Assembly (NCBI GenBank): GCA_965113315.1
Contig: OZ220369.1
From: Podarcis vaucheri
Taxonomy: Eukaryota
DNA length: 64,000 nucleotides
Reading direction: 5' to 3' (one strand)
In this document: positions 12,211-25,110 of the stretch, piece after piece
How positions within the stretch are numbered: position 1 is the stretch's first letter
How the letters are laid out: each line of letters begins with the position of its first letter
Made by a program: the position numbers and the translations under genes
The notes under the pieces: generated by a model
Told to the model about the DNA's origin: nothing
Seen by the model: the letters and a program-made list of their open reading frames with translations, nothing else
The model's database searches: none

Positions 12211-14599
12211 CTCTCTATTGCCCTCTCCCCCTCCCTCCCTCTCTCCCTCCCTCTCTCTTTCTCTTGGCTGAACAATCCCCACCCTCACTTCACAATTTGG
12301 ATAGCTTTGAGTGGACATTTTGCTTTTCCTTCTGACTTGAGCCTCTGGATTCTGGGGGTTCAGTTTGGAGGACTCGCCCTGTTGCTCCCCAAGGTTTGGC
12401 CACTTGTTACAGTGGCACCTGCACCACTGCTTCAATGTGGCACAAACCTCTGACATGCTCATCGTATAGCTACATTCTAGAGGAGCTTTCAGCTGGGAAT
12501 TTTGGTCATAGAACCAAAGGAGAGACCTTTTCCCCTGACCAACATTTGCTGGTCGTTTCACCCACTTTGAATCCCAAGCTGCAGGACTAAGCCAATTTAA
12601 ACAACTTGCAGCTCATCAACACTGGAGTTTAATGTGGATTTGAAGCTACTTGTGTGTTTATTTTTTTGTGGCATTCTCCTCAGCCCCCACGAAATGCAGT
12701 GTTTTTTTGATCTGATAAAAGAAGAAAATCCAATATAAAACTGCATGTTACCTGATTGTGGAGTGCATTGTGTGGGTGATCACCCACCCTCCATGTGTGG
12801 CAGGGTTTCACTGGGTGCCGTCTACTGCCACAACTCCTATTTCCATTTTGTTTCCAGCAGCCAAAATGGTTTTTTCCGCTGTTCATTGTTAAAGCCACAT
12901 TTGCAGTGTGCCAATTTTAAAAGCAGTTCTGCACAAAATTGCTCTTGCACAAGGCAGCTGTATTCAAAATAAAAATAAAGCGTGCCCTTGCAGGTACAGG
13001 AAGTGAGAAGGGAAATAGGCAGGAAAGGAAGCAGCAGCCTTTCATGTTAGCAATTCCAAAACCTTGACTGGCTTGGAATCTCTCTCTCTCTAACACACAT
13101 ATATAATCTGGTATATAAAAAAACCTGGTTTTAATTTTTTAAAAAAGGTGTGCATACACAGGTAAACAAATGCCTGCTTGCCTGCCCATAATGGACCTCA
13201 GGTTTCTGAAGCACAAGTACTTTTGTTATTATTCACTTTTCTTTTGTGCAAATGTAGTAGACTGAAAAACTTTTATTTTGAACCATTTATTATTTTTAAA
13301 GGTTTGCATGCATAGATAAACAAATACTTGTATGCATGCCCACAACAGACCTCAGCTTACTGGAATTTATAGTGGATGGGGGTGGGGGACAGAAAGCAGC
13401 AAAACTACATCTCATCAAGCGGCGCCCACTCCTGTGGACGGGAAACGTCAATACAGATTTTGGAAGAATAAAATTGAAAGTGTGTAGACTAAGACACACA
13501 AGTACAGAGACAAAAACAGCTACCCATGGATGCCTTAGTAGGGAAACAGCCTCAGTCCCTTTTTTTTTTAACCCAGTCAAGCTCTTCCAAGTTGACTTTA
13601 CTATATAGAGAACCATTCACAGTCCGCCCCGGCTTGAATAAAAACCCACCCCTCATCCTTGCAAATGAACCAAAACAGTGCTCAAGAGCGATGTGCCGCC
13701 TAAAGCCATTTGACAGCTGTTGAAATCACAAATAGACAATAAGGGGAGGTAGGGGAGGTCAGTCTCATTGTGGGTCAGCCTCCAGCCAGGGGTTGGTGGT
13801 TGGTCAGGCTGGCCCCTGCCAAGAGCATGGGCCCAGGAGGGGTGCAAAAATTGCACCTCTCCACTCTGGCTTAGAGTAGCTGGGAGCCTGCCCATCTGCA
13901 TGCTCCCAAGGCGATTCCTCCACTGATCCTGGGCGGCTGGCCGAGGCATGCAGGCTCCTCTCGGTACCTCGTTGGAGAAACCCAGTTGCTAGCATGTGCC
14001 ATTGCAGCTGTTAGAAGTGCAAGAGAAGTGCCCAGTGGGGCTCCAAGGGTGCAAGGGACTGGGAGGGGTGCATAATCTGGCAGCCTTGCCCCGACTTGTG
14101 GGACTTCAAGATAGCACACAAGCCAGTTTGGTTCAGGGTTCAGGAATAATCCGATGGGGTGCAGCCAATAATAAGCTTTTCATGGACGGTCTTCCGTGTC
14201 CAGAGACAGTCTATCTGTGAATACCAGATGCTGGTGACAAACAGGCTTGTGATCTTCCAGGTGCCTCATTGTAAAGAAGGCGCCTCATCCTGATCCAGAA
14301 GCGTAGTTATGGATGCTCATAACTATTTCTAGCTTGAATTTGGCCCACTGCACAGCGTGTCCTGGCAGGCAAGCAATCTATATCCTATATGTAAAAACAA
14401 AACAAAAACCCTCTTCCCTTTGGGTGGGGAGCAGAGGCTCCCTCCTGCTGCAGCCCCTGGGAGGGTGTGGCTCGCAAGCCACAGGGAGGTGCATTTCCCT
14501 GTGCTGCGATTGGCTGCCAGACAAGGCAGGTCAGAGGAGAACAGATTCACAAGTGAAAAGACAATTCTTGACAAGCAAGACCCAGGCTCATATTGGGCT

Positions 14600-14870
14600 T
14601 TTCTTTCTCTGGGGAATTCAAGAGATGAAATGTCAAATGAAACAAGCCCTTTTTAATTTCTTAGATTACATCCAGCTTTTAATAATGTGGCGCCCTGGAA
14701 ATGAGAACAGATAATATTTGCCTTGTAAAACAGAGCAGCCGGGTTCCTGTCAGAAGGCAAATCGCCTCCCCAGGCTTTGTTGTGGGTTTCAGCTGACAAG
14801 TTTGCGGATGCTCTGGTTTGTAAGCTAATGGGATCCAGATGTCTATCGAGTGAGGCAACTTTTGCACCGT
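14600..14870. promoter_or_regulatory. Candidate enhancer / CNE
   Basis: Unique block with TGTCA (MEIS/TGIF) sites, CAGCTG, TAAT cores and retained CpG. Confidence 0.4.
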
Positions 14871-14967
14871 TGCTCCTCCTAGCCCCTCCTGCAGGAGGGA
14901 CAGCTGTGGCCACAGAGTTTCTTGACTCTTTCTCCACATTTTTGAGCATTTCAGATCACTTTTAAGC

Positions 14968-15005
14968 TCCTTCCTTCCTTCCTTCCTTCCTTCCTTCCTT
15001 CCTTC
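14968..15005. repeat. (TTCC)n microsatellite
   Basis: Seen directly. Confidence 0.95.
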
Positions 15006-16437
15006 TGTATAGTGCTTAAAAAAGAGAAAGGAAAGCACAAGACAGCCATTTGTAATGCAGATGAGCATTCTGGCCAGTTTCAGGGTTTAGATTTGCATCA
15101 CAAACTCTGACTGAAGGAATAACTGCTTTAAGGCTCCCAGGATCACATGGTGGCTTGTACAAGTTACACATGGTAATGAACTGAAGGTGCATGAACTTCT
15201 TTCTCTGATTAAAATGAGTGGGTCCTGAGAGCTATTCTCTTTGGCTGCATTGTGCCCCCCTCAGCCACTCTGGCTTCCTTGTAGCATACATAGACACAGG
15301 GCAAGGGCAAAGGTATCACAGAGGGCCAAACAGCATGGGAGAGAGGCCTGCTGCTCTGTCCTCTCTCAAATGGGGCTCAAAGTGTCCTCTCTGCTGCTCA
15401 CAGCACTTTGGCCCCATGGCCCTTTGCATCTCAGCTGAAATACCGGAAGTGGGTCTAGCTGGGAGAAAAGTTCCCAGAGAGCAGGACTGGGGACAGAAAG
15501 GCATGAGATGAAAGTATGGATCTGAACCCCCACCCCCTGGCGCTTTAAACAGCACTCTCCCACCCAACACTTACACACCTGCTTTCAACCTGTACTTGAA
15601 GACCTGGCCTTGTCCCTCTCAAGGGTTGTTTGGGTCTGATCCTAGCTGGAGTTCCACATGGAGCCTGGGAAATTGTCCCTCCAGCAAGAGGACGGAGATG
15701 GGAGCTGCCTGTGTTCCAACTGCCCAGCTTCCTAGAGGAGTCTGCTTTCTTTCTTTCACTCTTGGAGAAACCTGTTACTCAGTGGGCAATAAAACTGAAA
15801 ATAAAGATCAGAGCCAGTGGAAATGTCATAATGGCAGGGGGTAGAAGCATTAGACGTTGCCCATAAAATGTGAGAGATTTAGACGTTTGCACCCCATTAT
15901 TGCGCCAGAGGTCGGCTTTCTTTCTTTCTCCACCCTCCTTCATCTCCTTCACCTTTTCCTGGTGGCAGGCTGCTTCTGCTACCACCCCCCTTTCTGACCC
16001 ACCCCTTTCCATTTACTGCCCTTAGTGATAGATTCATATTTTTGCTATGCTTCCCTCCCCATTTTTTGGAACTTAATCAGCAGCATATATTCTCCCTAAC
16101 TCTGTTCCCAAACCACAGAACCACCTGGGTTAGATTCCCTCCTGCCTGCCCACCCTCACCCCTGTTAACACTTGAAGGGTACTATTGGTCTGATTTGTAC
16201 ATGTGACATTTAGGTGGATTTAGCCTACAACAGGTTCATGTTTTAGATAGCTCTATTTTCCCCCAGCCCCCTTTGCATTGGCCTCCACCAAACATTTTAT
16301 CCTTTGCTGTTGTCCAGCAAACCTTCTCCTTCACCCCACTTCACTGAAGGAGATTGCCTTGCCTGAGAGGAGGTAAGCCCAAATCCACAAATCCACAGTG
16401 AAATGAGTCTTTTGTAGGCTCTGCCTAGAGAGATGCT

Positions 16438-16438
<1 letters not shown>

Positions 16439-16499
<61 letters not shown>

Positions 16500-16611
16500 T
16501 TATACCCTGCCCATCTGGCTGTGTTTCCCCAGCCACTCTGGGTGGCTTCCAACCAAATATTAAAAACAAAACAGCATCAGACATTAAAAACTTTCCTAAA
16601 CAGGGCTGCCT
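16439..16611 (-). mobile_element. L2-clade LINE 3' end with (TTA)n tail
   Basis: Reverse complement runs AGGCAGCCCTGTTTAGGAAAGTTTTTAATG...GGAAGCCACCCAGAGTGGCTGGGGAAAC...GATGGGCAGGGTATAAATT, then ~20 TTA units. Homologous to 41261-41445. Confidence 0.8.
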
Positions 16612-18419
16612 CGTAATAGTTAGGGAGAAAGCACCAAACACCCTTTTCAATACAAAAACCTATTTGTGGGTCAAAAAATTCAAAGCGTCCATGATACAAA
16701 ACCCAAATGTTTGGGACTGAGCCAAAAAATTAGATTCAGATTAAAAAACAAACAAAAATTCAGATTCAGTGCAAATTGATGTTTTCTTTTTAGTGTGGGA
16801 ATATCCACAACCAGTGCTTTTTTTCTAAAAAAAATGTTTAGGGATAGTCTCATTTTGACTCAAGAAAATCACCATTTTATAGTTCAAATCAGGAAAAATA
16901 AATACAGTAAATGGACAAAAGTACAAAGATTCATAAAATGTTTAGGGGTATGCGTACTCCTGTGCCGCCACCCCAGAAAAAGCACTGTCCACAACCAAAT
17001 CCTAACCATTGCATGGGGCAGCCAGGTGGGTGTGTCTTGGCTCTATCATAATCACATCACTGTGAAAACAGATGGGTAGTCTTAGGGTTTCTTTCCTTCC
17101 TTCAAGTTCAGCACAATTTTTCTTCCTTTTTACACATTTTCACCACAACCTATTTCCCACTCTCCCCCCCACACTCAATTTGCAATTGAAATAACGCGAG
17201 ACTCTTCCGAGAGAAGTTGAAGATATTAACTATGAAATTCTGAAACAACAAGAGCTATATCGTCGGCTTCCCATGAAATGAGAAATATGTTCTCTTCAGC
17301 CAACTACATTTGACAGGAGGCTTTTGAAATTAACTCTATGCTCAGATGATCACTTTCCTGCTATAATTATCAAGTGCAGTAATTCATAATAGGAGGTGTG
17401 TGAGTACATCATGCTTTCTTCAACACATAACACACATCTCCACCACCAATTCAGAAAGCAAAAGGGCCCACTTAAAACAAGCAGCCTCTCCAAGGGCATG
17501 TGTGTGTTTGTGTGCATGTGCCAGTGAGTAAGGTTTGCATTCTCATTCTCTCCAGACAAACCATCTGCTTACATAGGGATGAAGTCACTTTTTGAAACAC
17601 CTTTCCTCCACCTCTCTGGAGAACAATAATCACATATTCTCCCCACTTTCGGACGTATCTGGGGAAGGCAGAAAAATGGATGGCAGGCAGGCAAAAGTCC
17701 CACCGGTGGAGAGCTCCACAATAGGCTCTTGGAAGTAACTGAAGATAACTTGTATTTTGAGTCTCAACTTCAGGCATGGTCCAGAGGGAGAGAAGTTAAT
17801 GTTGTGATGATATCACACGAGCCCCTGTTACATATCCATGGGTCTAGGCCCAGGGGATATTCCTCTGGCTTTTCTTTCTTTGGGTTTCTCCTCTAATTCT
17901 TGCTCAAGGCTATTGAAACATTTGACTCTAAGCTCCATGAAATTTGTTTTTATGGTCTTCTAGATGTGCTTATTCTGATCTGAATTTTCTGTGTGTGCAA
18001 TTGGCACATGAGAACCTGTACCCCTGTGTTGTTTCAGTTCTGATAGTCACAATTATTCCATCATTTGCTGTTCACACGAGAAGGTGGAGGCCAGGGTTGC
18101 CAACAGGGAAGTAAAGGGGGTACACATGTACCAAGGCCCATGCCAGCAGGGAAGCTCATACTCTCAGCATTCCTTAGGCAGGGAAATAAGTAAATTGGAA
18201 ATTTCTAAAGGAAGTTATAAATCAAAATGTGGAGATGGCTCAAAGGCTTTGGTACTTGGCAGACATCGCCACTGCTAAGCAGTCTTAATGTTGTTGTTTT
18301 TTTCTGGCCTGCTTGTCATCACTGGGCTGTTATTTATTAATATCCTTTAACCATAAAGCAAAAATAGAAAATTTTGATACACCTTACAGCTGCAGCAAGT
18401 TAAAATCCCTATGAGGTGC

Positions 18420-18517
18420 TCTGGACCCCTAGAGAGCTGCTGCCCTTCAGTGTAGACAACATGGAGTTGGATGAACCTATTTGTTTGACTTGGTCTAAGG
18501 CAGCCCCTCATGTTCCT
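18420..18517 (+). mobile_element. SINE 3' fragment, same family as 33-204
   Basis: GAGAGCTGCTGCCCTTCAGTGTAGACAA...TAAGGCAGCCCCTCATGTTCCT. Confidence 0.6.
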
Positions 18518-19430
18518 CCAGACTCAACTACAGCATCTCCTGCCTGCCTGCTCTTATCTGCTCCATCCACATGCATCTATTCTCCCTTACAGAGGCAACT
18601 TCAGTTCTGACTGTGGGCTTCACTGTTGTTCTCATTTGGACTGTCCTTAACACAGTCAATAAAAACAGGAATGAAAACAATTTCAAGAAGGCCTCCTCAA
18701 CATGGAACAGCCCAGCCAGAGAAGGAGAGTTTTAAGTAATTGACTGACAAAGTGAATGAAATTCAGGTGCCCAGAAACAAGGTTTCCATTTTGGAAGAAG
18801 TGGGAGCACAGGAAATGACTCTTCTGCCATGAAAACATCCAAGTCTTTTCCCTTTCATGCCTTGGCATGAGAATGGTGCCAATGAGGAGTGGCTATTAAA
18901 TGGATCTAAATGTAAGCATTCCAAACAAATTTCTTATCTTCTCATCTGAGAAATGGGCGGCTTTTCTCAGCTTTTTATGATTCCATGTTATGATGTGCCT
19001 GCTCCCAGAGGGAAGGCAATTTCTATTTTCTAGAGCAGATATTACAGCCATAGCCTTAAAAAAAAAAAAGCATTTAAAAACTGGTGCTGTCTTTTGCAGA
19101 GGGAGGATGGCACACTGGCACCCAAAGGCTTTCCACATTATACTCCAAGACAGAAGCGGGAAAGGAAGGGAGCGATAGAGAAATAGAGCTGTTTTTGGTG
19201 CATTTAAGTGCTATTTATCAGAGGAGAATTGAAAGCAATACTATTAAGCACTTTTTTTGTTAACTTGAAGAAGTAAAAGGGGGAGATTGGCCAGTCCTGT
19301 TCTGCCTTTTTGTTAACCAGGCAAAGTAAAGAAATAGCCACAAAACCTTTAGAAGCATTCAAGTACCTTACTGACTTTCATCAGATGTTTGCTGCAAAAA
19401 AGAAAAAAAAAGGGAGGGGGAATCGTTCTA

Positions 19431-19562
19431 NNNNNNNNNNNNNNNNNNNNNNNNNNNNNNNNNNNNNNNNNNNNNNNNNNNNNNNNNNNNNNNNNNNNNN
19501 NNNNNNNNNNNNNNNNNNNNNNNNNNNNNNNNNNNNNNNNNNNNNNNNNNNNNNNNNNNNNN
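19431..19562. other. Assembly gap (132 N)
   Basis: Run of N. Confidence 0.99.
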
Positions 19563-20991
19563 GGAAGAGAACTAAACATATCGACAAAGAAAAGGAAAAA
19601 AAAATTATTTACTTAACTCCCTCTTGCCTGCCTGCATTTCCTTCCCTTCAGCTGCTTCTGCTCCCAGTCAGCCGGGTAAAGATACAGGCCTGGCTACAGC
19701 TTTGCTTTGCAGCCATCTTTGTTAGTTTTAATCCCAAACACTTGCCACAAAGCAGCATATCAGCTCCACTGAGGAGAGCTTGCTCTGTCCCAGAATACCC
19801 AGGAGGCAGTTGAGCACAATCTGGCCCTACAGCACCTCTTTGTTGCCACCCTTCCCAGTAATGAGTCTTTCCCCCCAGAATCCTCCTCCATCCCTAACCT
19901 CTGGAATACATGAGAGGTACTCTGGGAAACTCTGAGATGCTTGGTTTGCTGTCCATTTCCCAGATGTAAAAACTAGACCTCCTGAATCAGTCAGTTACAG
20001 ATTTCTCAGAGTCCGAACATTCTAAGGAAGAGCTCCTGTTATACCATAGGACTGTAGCCAAAGACCATGTCCTCTGGTCTTGTGATGTTGTTCGTGAGGA
20101 GAATCTGCCTTGAGGCTGCCTGTGATGGCGCTTTACTCTGAAGTGCATCAATCACCCAGTGGGGTCCTTAATTTCTGCTTCCAGCTCTCAGCAGACAGGG
20201 GGTTAATGGAGCGCGTGCGCTAAGGCGGGGGTGGTGCAAGGTCACTCGGATCTGCTTGTGCCTCACACTTGCAAGGGCTTTGAAAAGTGGAATTCATTTC
20301 TGTTTACAGCCATGTCACAGCCGTTTGAATCATACGTATTTGTATGAGCTGGATATTTAGGAAGCAAATCGAGGCTCACTCGTGCATTTGTAGGAGAATT
20401 CTGTAAAGGGCTGAGTATTTTCCAAGCTACATTTATCCACAGCATATAGGAAAACCTTGACTAGGCCTATAATTAAAAGTACTCATCTTTTTCTTTTCTA
20501 ACCATGTGAAACAATGGATGATCTTCAAGGAATCCCATCTCAATTAGCAAATGAGTGTTTCACTAGCACTTAGAAGCTACAGAGTGCCTTAATCTGCCTC
20601 AGGACAATGGCAGAGGACCAAGAAACCTGGGATGTGCTTTGCAGTGGTTTTGTAAACCCTTGAAAGCTTTGCGGAGAAGGATATTTAGAGCAGTGCTGGG
20701 TGTGGCAAGAAAGACCATTGGGGGCTCAGGGCTGCTGCTGGATGCAGGCTGGAGAAATGCCTCTTTGAGCAGGTTTATTTAATAATAATAATCTTTGCTA
20801 GGAGGGCAGCCCTTTGTCACTTTCCCGAATAAGGTTCTTAAAAATGCATTTATGCAATGTTTAGGCTTTCCACTTTTCTTCATTAGAGAAAGTAATATTA
20901 CTTTTCTCTGTGTTATTTCTAAACTCAGACGTAGCTTTTTCCATGCCTGACATTTAAGCAGTCGGACATTACCTACTCCAGGGTGCCTGAA

Positions 20992-21090
20992 AGCAACTTT
21001 CCCCAACCCAGCATCATATGGTCATTCTGTTTTGGGGTGCTGGACTTTGTAGTCCAAAATCTCTGGAAGGAACCAGGTTGGGAAAGGCTA
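20992..21090. mobile_element. Degenerate hAT MITE
   Basis: TTTCCCCAACC...TGTAGTCCAAAATCTCTGGAAGGAACCAGGTTGGGAAAGGC. Related to 61532-61667. Confidence 0.55.
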
Positions 21091-21979
21091 TCTTAAATGA
21101 TTGTCTAGTGTCACCTTGCAGAACCTGGTGCAGTTGTATGTGTAAGCGTGACTAAAAGCCTTTCCGAAATTCACTCAGGTTGCAAAGAGAGTTTTTCTTG
21201 CATTGGTTTGGCAGTGTTCTATGTGCTATCAGCGCACTCAAAGTGCATTATGTTGGGAGCGAAAGAGATGTGACAAGCAATGAAACAAAACAGAAAATGC
21301 CCAGTTTCCACGAGTGCTAATAAATCTCAGGAAAAAGCCACTTCCAGAAATGAACTCGAATGTACACAACCCCATTGTACTATTTATCCTCTGTACCTGA
21401 TCCCTGCCACAAAGTTCCCAGAGTTCAAGAAGGTGCTTTGGCTTGAAGCTTGTTCCAGGGGCCTGAAACGGGGCTGCAGGATGAGGGCATTTGTAAGTGC
21501 CACCTGTGCCACTTGGACAAATTCTGTCTATCTGCCTGGCACATCTGCAGGGGGACACAGTGCACAGATTTTATATATCTGTATGGGGGTATATGTTGAA
21601 GTCACTTTCATTTTGGAGAGGAGGCAAATTATGAACATTTTAAATAGTAATGCACTTAAGAAAACCTGGCAATATATACAGTATTTTATATTTTTACTCT
21701 AAGAAGAGAAAAATTCCATTATTTGCTGTAAATGAATCCTTCAGGTTTGTTATGCCAAGGTATATTTCAAGGTGTAAAATGTGCTTTTAGGCAAAAACAC
21801 ACACCTCTCTAAACAGTGACAAGTACAGTAGTAGCAACTTTGTACTCTGTTAATGATTGGTCGACGCAAAGATTTATCTGTATTATCTCCTGCTGTGCAG
21901 TTCCTTGGACATCATAGGGAACTGCAATGTACAAAAGCGGGAGAGGTTGTTTTTTTTTTGGGGGGGTCCTGCTGCAGAG

Positions 21980-22910
21980 TCATAGCTTGTTGGATCGCTG
22001 AGGTTGCCGGATTTTACCCTACAAAGAGATGACTTTACAAAAGGGACTTCCGATCTAGTGGGGCTGCGTTTGTTCTTTCTGTTCCTGATCGCCCCCGCCC
22101 CGCGCGCGCTCCGCCTGCCTCTGGCTTTTCCTTTTCGTATGATAAAGTTCCTAATCACCTGTTCTCTTTGCAAAAGGCTGCATGGGTACACAGAGAGACA
22201 GACAGACATCAGCCATGTGAATGGGAATGCATTAGCCCAGAGGAACAATTCGCTGGGGAGACGGCGGGATTAGGGGGTGCTTTGCTTTGCCTATCAGCCT
22301 GATTATCATTCGCATTGCAGGATAAAAGCGTCGGAAGTGATGATGCCATCGAAGAGGCATTACCAGATTCTTGGTTCGAGACATTTGCGAAAGTGAGAGA
22401 GATCACTTTGCAAAGTGCTGGAACTTGAATGGCAGGCATGAAAGGTTTCTTTCCGCTGGGGGTGCAGTCCTTGGAAAGCCACAGCCCTCTCCACAGGGCA
22501 GGGAAAGGCAACACCTTCCCTTCCGAGCACTTTAATAGCCACACACTCTTGCGGTGTGATACCCCCACACGTCTGCCAAGCACATGGTTACGGCAGCCTG
22601 TGCGTTTGTTTCTGAGTGTTCAGTGGACCGGGGGGGGGGGGAGTTGAGCCTTTCTTCCTTTCATTCAGCGAGGCAGAGTTCCCATGCTGAGGAGAGGCAG
22701 CTTCCAGGCTCTGAAATATTGCATTTAAAACAAGGAAATGCAAAAGATTCTTGGAAAAACCCGGCTGCTGTCACGGGGGGGGGGGAGAGACTTGCTGGTG
22801 TCCAGCGGTTTTCTGCTTGTTTTCGTCATTGCAACTTGACCCGTCGCTTAGGAGGAGGTAGCTCTGGCGAAAATGCGGAAAATAATGATTTGGATCGAGG
22901 CTGAGTTAGG
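21980..22910. promoter_or_regulatory. CpG-rich regulatory zone
   Basis: Elevated CpG, GC box CCCCGCCCC near 22092, homeodomain and Sox-type cores. No recognisable protein. Confidence 0.45.
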
Positions 22911-23841
22911 TGAACTTTGGTCTCATTGAAAAGTGGGGGATAAGTTGACCACAATTTACAGCACCGTTGATTCCAAGGGCTACGAAGCGCAACTAACCCA
23001 ATGTAAATTGGGAGGGGGAGAATCACTAAATGAGACAGGAATGGGTTTTTTTGTGGGGTGGGGGGCTTGTCACAAAGGTGACTGTCATACAGCTGACCAG
23101 AGCGTTGCAATAGGGTGTGCTGGGTTTGGGGTGGGGGAGGAAGAGGTGTTAACATTTTCCCAGTAACAAAATATTGCATGTTTTGAATTCTGGGGAAATG
23201 CCATTTCCTTGTCATCGCTGAGTAACCACGGTGCATTCAGCACACAAAAGGGGGGAGAGGCACCATTGTGTCACGCTGAAAGTGGCTCATTTAAAACAGC
23301 CTAAATTTGAACAAGTTGGAAAGGTTACAAGCTGCCTTAGTGAGGACACGGCTGTTTCTTCAGTCAAAAGCTCTTCAGGTTTGACTGGGAGAGGGATGTT
23401 TAAATAATCAGAATTATTCTGACATTTTCTTTTGCCGTGCCACCATTAGTTACATGCTAGGTAAAAAATAATATCCTGCAGCTATTTATTCATGAAATAT
23501 TTTAAATAAAGGCCAGCTTCATTTTCCAGTGAATTTTGCCAAATTCCTTAGCCATTTATTAGTGACTGTTTCTGCTAATTACTTAAATATTCGTTGCAAA
23601 TCAATGTAATATTCATTACTTTGAGGGAAAATGTTTCAGAAGAGCTTTGCAAGAAATGACAATTTCTCCTAGTGTGGTCTCTGCAAAATTTGGTGTCATT
23701 TCCTGTTTTAACACAGAATCAGTCAATTCTCCAGAGAGGAGGAGGCAAGGTGGTAAAACTAGGATAAAAGCTTGATAATTCAAGCAAGTACTCTGAAAAA
23801 AAAAAGTAGCATCCTTTTGGCTTGTGGAAAAATTGAAACAG

Positions 23842-23922
23842 TGTTGTAAATAAAAAGATGCCCTTTTCCCTTATGGGGTATCCAACCCCATAAGGGAAAA
23901 GGGCATCTTTTTATTTACAACA
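23842..23922. repeat. Perfect 38-bp inverted repeat with 5-nt spacer
   Basis: 23842-23879 TGTTGTAAATAAAAAGATGCCCTTTTCCCTTATGGGGT, loop ATCCA, then its exact reverse complement at 23885-23922. Confidence 0.97.
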
Positions 23923-24299
23923 ACAGCAAATCTTAGTGAGCACCTGGGAAGAATCTGTGCAAATACTAATATATCAGTACATGGATTAAAACACCAAAAC
24001 GGTCAGATAGTCCCTGCTGCTTTTTTATTATTATTTTGGACTAATTAGAGTATTGTATTTGTTCTGTTGTGCCGACTGCTATAAACGTCACCTTTTGTAA
24101 TTGCAACAATTAGTATTTTAGCATTTTAACTAATTCTCTCTTAGGCACTGCCTTGACATTATCGTGTCCCCCAAACCAGTTGACGGGTCTCAGGTTTATT
24201 ATTATTTTTCCCTCTGAAAGAGAAAGACTTTGCCTTCCTCCTCCTCCCTTCACGCAGAATAGAAGCAACAGTAGCCAAAAGATACCCAAATGCCCGGCC

Positions 24300-25110
24300 T
24301 TGGATCTGGCTGTAGCTGGGGGAACGGAGATTGCTACGGCAAAGGCAGTTGTTGGGGGGGGGGGGAGCCGGCAGCCTCTGGAATTTGGCTGCGTTTGCAG
24401 CCGTGATTTCCAGGGGGCCTGTGCCAGCCACGTGGCTTTGCTTTGGCTCTGCCTAATCTCCAGTCCCGAGACATATAGTCACCTCCCCCACCGGGGCAGG
24501 GGGGCAGTCAGCAGCCATCTGTGCCACCCCAGGCAGGCCTCGTCCTGCAGCCACGTTCAAGTCCAGTGTCCGAGCTGTCCTGGGAAGTTTATCGTCCACT
24601 CCATCAAAGGGTCTAATGGTCAGGAGAGAGGTCTTGATGGGTCCCTAGTGACCCGGCATTAACAGAGTGGACTTGTTTAAGTGTTACGGAGGGTGTCTCC
24701 GAACGATCCCGACGCCAATCCCCGTTTCCTTCAATGAGCGCTCATTTGGGTCATGGCTCAATAGGACTCTCTCTCTCTCTCTGCTGACCTGGCCGAGCCT
24801 GGAAGGGCTCCTCCGGGGGCTGCCCTCCCCTCGGTGACCAGCAGACAGAAGGGCGGATCAATGCCCTCTGACAACAAACGAAACAATCGCCTCCCCCCTT
24901 CGCCCCCCCTCCCGCTCCTTCTGTCCAAGTAGCTTGGAAACGATCAAGATAAATGGTTGGGTCTGAACCTGGAGACTCCAGACCGAAGGAGCCCGAGGGC
25001 AGGCAAATCCAATTGGCTTTTGCATAACGAAAATGTGAGGTTTAGGGAGTCAATGTAGTGCAAGATTAATCCAGATTAAACTGTTTGGCGGCACTCACTC
25101 GGCTGTTCCC
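24300..25110. promoter_or_regulatory. CpG-rich regulatory zone / CNE candidates
   Basis: Retained CpG with AACAAT, GGATCAAT and GATTAATC motifs. Unique sequence. Confidence 0.4.

Noticed and set aside
16297-16650. Poly-Tyr and poly-Leu ORFs
   Set aside because: Translations of the (TAA)n tail of an L2 fragment.
22337-22430. GTGATGA as a snoRNA C box
   Set aside because: No suitably placed CTGA D box or terminal stem.
23085-23096. TCATACAGCT, a partial match to the reverse complement of miR-9
   Set aside because: Only 10 nt match; the continuation differs and there is no hairpin.
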